Source: Perna viridis (lineage: Eukaryota). Taken from it: DNA of 64,000 nucleotides. Both the position numbers and the translations under genes were made by a program. Below, one piece after another: positions 47,761-58,975 of this stretch; the first letter of the stretch is position 1, and each line of letters starts with the position of its first letter. Where the stretch lies: positions 29,016,001-29,080,000 of the forward strand of contig CM074515.1 in assembly GCA_037379345.1 (NCBI GenBank), read 5' to 3'. A model generated the notes under the pieces. The model ran no database searches and was not told where the DNA came from. It worked only from the letters and a program-made list of their open reading frames with translations.

Positions 47761-50700
47761 CACAACTGCAGTCAGAATTATCTTTTTTTGGGAAGAAAAA
47801 CTGTAAATAATATAAATGTAGATGAATTGATAGACTTCTCCATTTTACAAGAAGGGGCCAAGGAAAATTCAAGGTACATTTCTGACTATCCTCCTCCACC
47901 TTGTAGAAAATGAGAAGTCCCTTAGATACCACTACAAATCAAGATTATTTTCTCCTCCATTTTGGGTTTTGTGAAAAAATGACAGAAATGTTCCCCTACC
48001 AAGCCGAAAAATCGCTTTAATTGACATATTTTTCAATGTCGAAAAAAGGATTTTAAAAAAAAAAAATGCAAAAATAGTACATGTAATTGTCATACTCGCT
48101 TGTTTTTTTCAACATTATTTTAGCGGATCCAATCTTTTCGACCTACCACTTCTTTTGACAATTCAAGGCTTGCATGAACATATGAACAAAAATGCAAAAA
48201 AAAAACAAGGACCCTTTCTCTTCTCGTTTGCTCTCTGATTGCAAATTGAATAAATTAAAGCACGTGAAAAGTTTTGAATTTACCGTGTTCACATTTTAGG
48301 CTTCATTTGAACGGTAAGCTTTATTATAATAATGAGTTGATTATATTTGAACAACGAGGTGGTACTGTTAAGTAAAGCACGATCGATTTACTCAACATAT
48401 TCACAAATGTACCGAACGATATCAAAACAGAGACTCCTGACACTTGGATATCCACTAACTCAGGCTATCAATGTGATAAAGGCATAATTACACTCCAAGA
48501 TAATGTGGTGATTTAACATATATATTCATTAAATGTGAATAATTGCCTCAACTGTTATATGATTATTTACAAATAGGCTTCTGGAGCAGGGTTATGTTGC
48601 TACAAGATTGAAGTCATCACTACAGAAGTTTTATGGTCGTTATCATGAACTCGTGGATCGTTTCCGTCGTATTCACGCACCGTGCAAGGGACGGCTTTGA
48701 TGATTTTCTAGATAAGTCACGAGAGATTTAAGTTTTATTTACCCTTCCAAAACGAGTCTTGCAGGTTCTTTATAGGCCATAATATACTTATTACAGGACC
48801 AGGAGGTACAAGAAAATCTAAGTGACAAGAGAATCGATATAAACGAAATAAAAGTGTTAGGGGGTGATGTAAGATTGAGTTTAAATTCCATGCCCCAACA
48901 CCCAACCTCTTACAGTCTAGCGCCATATTCAAACCGCTCGTTGTAGAATTATTTATTTCAAAAATGAAGAATTTTGTAGTGAAGACCGTCGAAGATTCAG
49001 CTTATGTGTAATATGAAGACAAATTCTTTTTATCTAATCTTATTATTATAAGTAGTCCCCTTTAATAAAAAAAGATACCGACCAAGTCATTGATTGCCCG
49101 CAGAACTAATTATTTTTATATAAAACGGAAAGAACAGACATCTTTGCAAAGACCATTTACTACCAGTACATGTAAAAGTAAATCACAGTATAATGAAGCA
49201 TTTTTTTTCGAAAACGCCTATGAAAAGACAAAAGAACTCTTGATTCACGATTATACCCGCTATCTATCAGCAATAACAGAATTCGTTCTTTGTGAAAGTT
49301 TGTCGTTGGAAATAAGTTGGAAAACGTGAGTGTCCACAATTGCTTATTGTTCATTTGTACATATCTTTTACATATTGCATATATTTAAATAATATTGAAG
49401 TCAAGAATTAAATTAAAACATAAATGTCATGGCGTCTGTCGAAATCAATAAAAGCTATATGAAAAAATATATGACTTTTGTTGGATCAAGAATACAAGAG
49501 TTTATTGTTTGAATACTTACAACATGTACTTCATATTTCTCTTACATAAAAACAATAATTAAAAAACGTCTCGTAAAATTCGATTTCATTAAAAAAGAAA
49601 TGCAAAATATCTGGATATATTTCTCATGTTTTTTTTAACATCCGATTATGCATCATAGCATATAAATGTTTTGAATGTTGTACATGCATGTAGACATTCA
49701 ACCTTTTCGACCGTTTCCTTCCTTGACTAAAATAGAAAATATTGATTTGGAAAAGGAAAATCAATTTTAAAATCCGACCTCTGATCCTTATTGTAATGCC
49801 AGAAATCTTTCCGTCCTTATGTGACCTTAAATACTGAATATAATAGTGAATGGAAAAACAAAATGCTTAAATATTACCCCTCTGATGTCTATTTGAATTT
49901 TGTACCACTTTGCGTTAAAAATTGAATTAATCCTGAACAGGAAAATTATTATTTAAGTAAAATTGTGTCCGAAAAACTACTCTTTTTATCCAAACACTCT
50001 TCAGTTCTTATCTAAATAGAACTCAATTTAGTTATTTTTAGCATTTGTTCTTAATTGTTTCTTTTGTTTTTATTCGGATGAATCGAATAAGAAGAAACAA
50101 CCTAAATTCAGTATGATAATTCGATTAACAAATGCAGAAGAAACGAATTCATCAAAAATGAAAAACAAATTCTTACTTTGAAAGTAATGATGCAATATAT
50201 AATATTGGTAACACTTTTTTGGCATAATTGCACGTCAACATAGGCTGTTACTATTGTGTGAATTTTTATCTTTAATATATTGTCAGCCAACATTCCGAGC
50301 TTCTGTTTGCGGAAGTACCTTATTTAATTAAATGTATATTGTAGATCTTACTTCCTTTTCAGATGATATAAAACATTAAATCAGCCTATTTATGACAATA
50401 TTCATATTGTTATATTTTGAAATTCTGAATAGTGCTTCACTATTGAGCAATACTGTCATTTCGTATAACAGAACTAGTTTAGCCACGCTCCCCTAGTACG
50501 GAACTACTTTAATTGTGACCCAATACACTAAGAGCATGTATATAATCTACAAATTTTGCTATTGATTATCAACGTTGGCAGTACTGATCGAGCATTAAAG
50601 AGTAATCAAGGGAACCAAGATTCTAGGGAAAATAAAAAAGAATGTAATTCAAGGGAAAAGACCAGACATGGCAAACAGACATACACAACAAACGAACACA

Positions 50701-53559
50701 AAATGACCAAAACAGTACATACAAAGTAACACAAGTAAATAAGCAACCCGATCTCCACTAAAAACTTTGATCATATACCAGATACACCGGTAGGATATGC
50801 GTCGTATGCTTATCTAGAAACAAACACCGAGTTGCACATTAAATATGTTGATTTCAAATAACAAAGCAAATCTTTTTTTTTTATTTATTTTTTGTGTGTG
50901 TTTTTGAACTAAGCACTAAATAATTGTTTCATTTGCTGATAAGATTTTTGAAAATTAATATCTTTTGGTCGGTTTGCGCTGCAACATAAACGGTTAATTT
51001 AGCGTAAAGCGACCTTTTAAAGTCGTTTATATCTAATAGTCCAACCATAAATATAAATAATTCCTAAATAAATAGATGATAATTTACTATAAGCAGAATA
51101 ATCTAACGATTTACAAAGACACCTAGATTGAAATGATGAGAATTGTGTTACTTGCAGACTTTAAGTTAATGTAAATTAACACACATTTTTGTTATGGCAG
51201 AATGCCCAATAACCATTTAAAACAATAACAGGCATATTGACATTGGGTGTGATTTTTAACTGTTTTTAGATATTTCTATCAATAAGCGGCAAGTTTCGAA
51301 AGCAATACAACTGCAAGTAGATAATGGCCGATGGGTTTTGACATTCTAAAAAGGGATAAATATCACAATTTATCAATTTCCTTCAGCTAGATTAATTTGT
51401 TAATACATGTTAATCTCTTTCCTCTATACGGCTTAGAAGTCAGTAGCTTTAGTATGTATTGTATTGAAGAATTACATCTTAAATTTGTAAATTATTACAA
51501 TATTTGGAACTGACAACACCAATGTGATTGATAAATAGAGATATTGGATGATACCCACATATTTTACACGTGAAGCAGAAAATTGTCATTTTTTAAACTA
51601 TAATTCAAGCAAAACTGCAGTCAGAATTATCTTTTTTTGGGAAGAAAAACTGTAAATAATATAAATGCAGATGAATTGATAGACTTCTCCATTTTACAAG
51701 AAGGGGCCAAGGAAAATTCAAGGTACATTTCTGACTATCCTCCTCCACCTTGTAGAAAATGAGAAGTCCCTTAGATACCACTACAAATCAAGATTATTTT
51801 CTCCTCCACTTTGGGTTTTGTGAAAAAATGACAGAAATGTTCCCCTACCAAGCCGAAAAATCGCTTTAATTGACATATTTTTCAATGTCGAAAAAAGGAT
51901 TTTAAAAAAAAAAAATGCAAAAATAGTACATGTAATTGTCATACTCGCTTGTTTTTTTTCAACATTATTTTAGCGGATCCAATCTTTTCGACCTACCACT
52001 TCTTTTGACAATTCAAGGCTTGCATGAACATATGAACAAAAATGCAAAAAAAAACAAGGACCCTTTCTCTTCTCGTTTGCTCTCTGATTGCAAATTGAAT
52101 AAATTAAAGCACGTGAAAAGTTTTGAATTTACCGTGTTCACATTTTAGGCTTCATTTGAACGGTAAGCTTTATTATAATAATGAGTTGATTATATTTGAA
52201 CAACGAGGTGGTACTGTTAAGTAAAGCACGATCGATTTACTCAACATATTCACAAATGTACCGAACGATATCAAAACAGAGACTCCTGACACTTGGATAT
52301 CCACTAACTCAGGCTATCAATGTGATAAAGGCATAATTACACTCCAAGATAATGTGGTGATTTAACATATATATTCATTAAATGTGAATAATTGCCTCAA
52401 CTGTTATATGATTATTTACAAATAGGCTTCTGGAGCAGGGTTATGTTGCTACAAGATTGAAGTCATCACTACAGAAGTTTTATGGTCGTTATCATGAACT
52501 CGTGGATCGTTTCCGTCGTATTCACGCACCGTGCAAGGGACGGCTTTGATGATTTTCTAGATAAGTCACGAGAGATTTAAGTTTTATTTACCCTTCCAAA
52601 ACGAGTCTTGCAGGTTCTTTATAGGCCATAATATACTTATTACAGGACCAGGAGGTACAAGAAAATCTAAGTGACAAGAGAATCGATATAAACGAAATAA
52701 AAGTGTTAGGGGGTGATGTAAGATTGAGTTTAAATTCCATGCCCCAACACCCAACCTCTTACAGTCTAGCGCCATATTCAAACCGCTCGTTGTAGAATTA
52801 TTTATTTCAAAAATGAAGAATTTTGTAGTGAAGACCGTCGAAGATTCAGCTTATGTGTAATATGAAGACAAATTCTTTTTATCTAATCTTATTATTATAA
52901 GTAGTCCCCTTTAATAAAAAAAGATACCGACCAAGTCATTGATTGCCCGCAGAACTAATTATTTTTATATAAAACGGAAAGAACAGACATCTTTGCAAAG
53001 ACCATTTACTACCAGTACATGTAAAAGTAAATCACAGTATAATGAAGCATTTTTTTTCGAAAACGCCTATGAAAAGACAAAATAACTCTTGATTCACGAT
53101 TATACCCGCTATCTATCAGCAATAACAGAATTCGTTCTTTGTGAAAGTTTGTCGTTGGAAATAAATTGGAAAACGTAAGTGTCCACAATTGCTTATTCTT
53201 ACTGTATGAAGTCACCCAGGTATGTAAATCCCGTTGCCATGGTAACTGTCAATGAAATTTATCTATACAGCTACAGAGGTCTTCCCTTGCCATTTTCAAT
53301 TGTTCTGTTTCCATGGAAACCATCAAAGAATTTATTGAGTATCTTTATTCTGCATCTAAAGCACCTACACTATAAAATCATATACAGTTATTTGTCTTAA
53401 TTGTAAATCTGCAACTATAATTCTTGGTTAAAAAGACCCTAAAAGTACCTTTAATTTGCAACTACAAATAAAAGATATCAAAAGATTTTTATTTCCTTTT
53501 TGTTTTTTTTTTTGCTTTTCTTTTGAGAACAATGACTTTAAGTATGTTTCTAAATAGAG

Positions 53560-54049
53560 TTTGTTTGTTTGTTGGGGTTTAACGTCCGAGCAGCAATATT
53601 TCAGCTATTTTCAGACAATGAACATGAAATGAATGATAAAAAAAAGGATGGGTCACCAGGACAACAGGGTCGACAAATTTTGATTGCCACTAGAAAAAGG
53701 GGGGATGGGTAAGGTCGGGCAATTTAGCATCCTGTGGGGAAGCGCAAAGGTTCCTACTCCTATCGAATACCACAGCAGGGTTCTTTAACGTGCGAGGAAC
53801 GTGGCATCTTTCCCAACACGGTGCACCACTATGATTTGCGGTCAGGTTTTCCGTATTATAGCCTGACAACCCCAGCATGTAACACGCCAGGGGTACCCCA
53901 TTCCACCACCTGGGGCACACATCCCAGTTGCTCTGTGGGCAGAGCGCCTAACCCCCGGCTAGGTTTCTGAGCACTATTTAGTCGCCTTTTACGACAAGCT
54001 TAGCGCTGCTGCAGGCCTATTCTTTTAAACACCCGGACCTGCACGGGGC
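53560..54049 (-). mobile_element. Full-length ~490-bp SINE (structured non-tRNA head, Meta-like core, (AAAC)n tail) with 14-bp TSD
   Basis: TSD GTTTCTAAATAGAG at 53546-53559 and 54050-54063; the minus strand starts GCCCCGTGCAGGTCCGGG; core GCACGTTAAAGAACCC; tail GACGTTAAACCCCAACAAACAAAC. Confidence 0.85.
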
Positions 54050-55700
54050 GTTTCTAAATAGAGAGAATATATCTGTAATACAAAACAATTATATTTTGTG
54101 GTTAAAATAAAAGGTCAATGTCATTCGAAAAATGCAAGTTTATGCAAAAATTAAGGAAAATATAATATCGAACTTCTTAGTTACCGTGAAATGAGAAAAT
54201 TTGACCTTGAAGTTTTAAAATTTAGTTATTTGATGTTCTTTTGAATTCTTTTACAGTAACTATTTTGAAATGTTAACTTAAAATGATTGTTAGATTATTT
54301 GTGAAATGCCCTGTACACTTTTAAAGTATACACACACTATCGGTGTGTTGTTTGTATTGAAAATTACGTTCAACGATTTTGAAACTGAAAACGTGACTAT
54401 TGTTGGAAACAATAATAGACAGACGTTTTTAATAGCCCTGTATTTGAAAATACGGATATATAAAAATAGGAAGTATCATTATAATGGAGTTATTTTAATG
54501 TTATTTAGTAGATAATAAATGTTGGTTTCCATAGCAACGAAATGCAAACATTAACATTTCCGCTAACTTCGATGTTAATATGTCATAAAGAATCATTTTC
54601 AAAATTATACAGAAATTTGAAAGCATGAGGTTTCAACATGATTTTTTTTCAAACAGAGGATGTACTTTAATCGTTTGATATGTAAATGGCGGAAGATGTA
54701 TTTCATAATATAATAAAAAGATCAGGACCAACACAAACAACGCAGACATGATGACATTGACAGTAAAATTATGTGCGTTCAAAATATTTCCTGCTCATTA
54801 TCTAGGTTTCTGAAATTATATTTTTCTAATTGATGAACCCAGTTTAGCCAGTTTTCAGTGACATGTCAATTCTTCAAATTTACTACCTATTCGTTTATGT
54901 TTTCCTAAGAAACATTCTCTTGGAACGAATAACTTCTTTGTTATCATAAAAGTACACCCGATAATCAATTTATTTGCGAAAGATGGCCAGATCGTTCAGA
55001 TTGTTTTTCCTTCACATGAACTAATCCAATGCATTTACAATAGGTAACAGTTTCAATATTTTTATCAGGTGTACAACTTGATTTTTTTTAATCCACTAAC
55101 TTAAGAAACATCTGCTCAATATAAGCAACGTTAAGGAAACAGTTCCAAAAAGTTCCTTTTAGAGGCAAACAAAAAAAAATACGGATATAGTAAACGCAAC
55201 CAATGCACATAATACAAAATAGTACAATTTATTCTCATATCTGTAATATTTTATACATTAGCTTTAGAATCCAAAATGTTTGCATTGCATTGACCATGTT
55301 TCTATTCTTTCAGACTGGAATCATCCGATTGATGATAATTCAAAACCTCACGTATGGGGTGTGTACTATTTCTGCTCGACAACAAAATATACATAAGTTA
55401 CCTTACTAATGAAAACAAACTAATAAGTGATTATTGTGGTGAATGTGACTTGACTTAAAGTAATCTGTGTATTTTCAGATCAACGTGCGCCTGGTTTCAT
55501 AAAAAAATATCACACATTTGATGAATGAATTTGGGGGGTGGCTCCTAATCTCTTATTATGTACTGGGGGAAATTATTTCATCAACGATCATGAAGTAGTT
55601 TTAACACACTGTGTACAATGTCCTGATATGGATATTTTAACGCTAAACTTCAATATTTATTATAATATCATAATATTATAATATCAATTTACATGTATAA

Positions 55701-57534
55701 GAGGAATGTAAACGAGTATTCGAGTACTGCTCGATGTGATCCAAACTCAGATGACTGGTTTTGTGAAAGGAAATAAAGAACGTGTGGATCAGGGGGCTTT
55801 ATCGAGGGCAATTTACAATATGATCGTCAAGGACTACGTTATGTTTAGCATCTTAACCCTCATGGATATCGTTAGTCCTAGCTACAATGTGCCGTCCCGT
55901 AATACCAAACGGTCTAGGATAGAAAAACTGTATGAAGATCAGAAATAAAATTTTATTCGGGATCAGCACTCAGTACAGTCTGTTTCGTTGATAACTGATT
56001 GGTGGACATCCACATCAAATAACAGTTATTTGACAGTAACAGAACATCATTTAATTGATAAATGGGAACTTGTGTTGTGCACTAATGAAATGCCGGAAGG
56101 ACATATAGGAGAAAACGTTGCAATCAAACTAAAGACGGTTACATCTGAATTTGGAATTTAAGATATAATATACACTGCGTCCCATGACAACGCAGACAAA
56201 ATATGGAATGTGCCTGGACTGGGTGCCCATAATTCGGCTGCTTAGGACACACACTTATGTTGTGTTTTAAACAAGCTATCCAAAGCGACCCAATACCAGA
56301 GATTGTTGCAGAGTGTCACAAACTAGGACATTTCAAACATTCAACCACACAAACAGCGAATTACGAAAACGATAACTTGGTAAGCCTCAACATGAACTGA
56401 TCCAAGAAGTAGTTACAATATGGAACTCGACTCAACGTGTGCTAGAACGTCTGGTTGAACAGCGCCGTGATTTGACATTATGTTAGACAGTTCAATCACT
56501 AAGAATGTTACCGAAAGATCATGAATGGAAGATCACTTGTGGTGACAAACATGTCTGATGATGCAACATATATGAGCAATGAATCAAACGTTTCTGCCCC
56601 AAAGAATCCATGGGGATGATGAGATTTCTATTACACTAAAAATTAAGACAGGCAACGTTGCTTTAGGCCAAATGAGAGCAAAATTGGACAAATCACGTCA
56701 GTTGTAGCCTGCATTGTGGACTCGCCATATGAAGGCGACAGAAATTTCTGGACAAAAACCGACGTAAAGCGGCAGAGAATAACCTTGAATCAAACTTCGA
56801 TGAAATCCCGTTGGAACAATATGAAACTTTAACAAAAAACGATAGAGAAGACCGAGTGAGATTGATTGACTTATTCATCAGTCACTGGATAAATCTTGCA
56901 ATAAAGAAGATTTTGCAAGCGGATAGTATGACTTCGGCTGTTAACCCTCTACATTGGTGGGCTCGTAATAAGGACAGAGTTCCTCGGTTACCCATCCTAG
57001 CTTAAAGTGCGTTATCCACTCCGGCTACATTAGGTCAATCAGAAAGATTGTTTTCTACAGCGGGAATTATTGAGCAGCAAACTGCGAATCATCTCCATCC
57101 ATCGTTGACAAGATTATTTTCCCAAACAAAGTCAAAATACACCGTGAGGTACCTCGCTAAACAGTTGATTGGCTTTGAGACAGCGACAATATTTCGACTA
57201 ACCTCTAAATACGTTTGTTTGTTCAATAATTATTATAATCATTGATTTGTCCTTTTGATCTCATTCACAGCCGGAGGAGTGTAAATGCCGTAAGTCGTTA
57301 TTTAGAAAACGTACATTTAGGTTTAAAATAACTTATATCCTCCCTTCTTTACCAAGGTTAACATAACTACATCCGTACTATTTATAAAAAAAGACTGGTA
57401 CTGGTCTTATAATACATGTAGGGCTTATCTAAATAACGTCAGAGTCTAGATTTATATCAGATATGTAGGGGTCTGTGTTAAATCCGGCGTGCAGAGTACT
57501 CGATTAGTTGTTAAAGACAAAATTGACATCCTTA
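55701..57534 (+). mobile_element. hAT (ZBED1/Ac-like) DNA transposon, internally deleted and decayed, with 8-bp TSD
   Basis: ATGTATAA at 55693-55700 and 57535-57542; degenerate TIRs GAGGAATGTAAAC / TTGACATCCTTA; transposase motifs TDWWTS..NSYLTVT, HDNA, LIQEVVTIWNST, NPLHWW...PRL, TPAT..SERLFSTAG. Confidence 0.9.
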
Positions 57535-57696
57535 ATGTATAAGTGTAAACGCTTCAAATGATACATGCAAGTTAACCTATACAGGAAATAAAAACTAAGT
57601 ATTTCCTGGTGCCTAAAGGCTGTTTCCCAACAGCACTTAATCAGGTAAATATTACTGATCAAGATATTGATATATAAATATATATATATATATATA

Positions 57697-58700
57697 CAAC
57701 GTCTCAGAATGTGACGACTCTATTTTCTACACTGCTCCACCGGATCAAATTGATACATGGAAATTAACGTAAACTTATAGAAGGGTCTGAAAAATTCTCA
57801 ACGATGTTAGGACTGTCAAATTTGCGAAGCAAATTTTTGTCGTTCCCTCCGCGGGACTCGAACTCGTACCGCTGTGACATCTATGGCAACACCGCCTGCA
57901 CTACGTCCAGCGCCCTAGAACACTCCGCCAGCTAGGCTATATGAAATATAGCTTTCGCTGGCCGGGTGATTCTTCCTTGTAGGATTAATCTAGGGCTGTA
58001 ACTTAGTACACGATGTATAGTAGTACGGGACAGTTCATCTAGGTGTTATTATGTAGGATAGAGGATCAAATTAATGATGTATGTCACAACAAATCGATAT
58101 TATACAACGTCTCAGAATTTGACGACTCTATTCTCTACATTGCTCCATCGGTTCAAATTGATACAGGGAAGATAACGTAAAGTTATAGAAGGGTCTGAAA
58201 AATTCCCAACGATGTTAGAACTGTCAAATTTGCGAAGCAAATTTTTGTCGTTCCCTCCGCGGGACTCGAACTCGTACCGCTGTGACATCTATGGCAACAC
58301 CTCCTGCACTAATTCCAGCGCCCTAGACCACTCGGCCAGCTAGGCTATATAAAGTATAGCTTTTGCTGGCCGGGTGATTCTTCCTTGTAGGATTAATCTA
58401 GGGCTGTAACTTAGTACACGATGTATGGTAGTACGGGACAGTTCATCTAGGTGTTATTATGTAGGATAGAGGATCAAATTAATGATGCATGTCACAACAA
58501 ATCAATATTATACAACGTCTCAGAATGTGACGACTCTATTCTCTACACTGCTCCATCGGATCAAATTGATACAAGATAACGTAAACTTATAGACGGGTCT
58601 GAAAAATTCCCAACGATGTTAGAACTGTCAAATTTGCGAAGCAAATTTTTGTCGTTCCCTCCGCGGGACTCGAACTCGTACCGCTGTGACATCTATGGCA
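57697..58700 (-). repeat. Tandem array (~2.5 x 408 bp) of a tRNA-Leu-like unit abutting a (TA)n microsatellite
   Basis: CAACGTCTCAG at 57697, 58105 and 58513; the minus strand carries GCCTAGCTGGCCGAGTGGTCTAGGGCGCTGGA (A box, tRNA-Leu-like) and GTTCGAGTCCC (B box); (TA)n at ~57671-57696. Confidence 0.9.
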
Positions 58701-58975
58701 ATATACATACAAATCAATCGGTCGTTTCGCGGATTAAATTTCGTGCTTTATTCCTGTTGCATAGAAAATTATTGTGATAAATCAAATTATAATAATTTTT
58801 CATACAAAAATAAGCTTATAACAAATTAATATGCTTTTAAAATTTGTAAATGTTTAGTGAAACAATTATAACATTTCAGGTACTTTGATGACTTTACTAA
58901 ATTACTAAATGACTGACAGAATAAGGAAGAAGTGCAAGAATTACTGAAAACATTATTGTTATCAGTGGGAACATT

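Larger units (their letters stand above)
45505..53197. repeat. Near-identical 3850-bp direct tandem duplication (45505-49348 and 49355-53197)
   Basis: Identical ORFs at 46258/50108 and 48735/52584; only scattered substitutions and homopolymer differences; 6-nt junction filler GTTCAT. Confidence 0.95.

Noticed and set aside
53230-53325. RFX X-box-like palindromes (GTTGCCATGGTAAC, GTTTCCATGGAAAC) as regulatory sites
   Set aside because: They appear to lie in repeat-derived sequence with no demonstrable promoter nearby; function cannot be supported.
57697-58700. Functional tRNA genes in the 408-bp array (and at 33424-33515)
   Set aside because: A/B boxes are present, but the acceptor stem does not close, the anticodon region differs between copies and the middle is over-long. 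These are tRNA-derived repeats, not tRNAs, and the sequence does not resemble tRNA-Sec.
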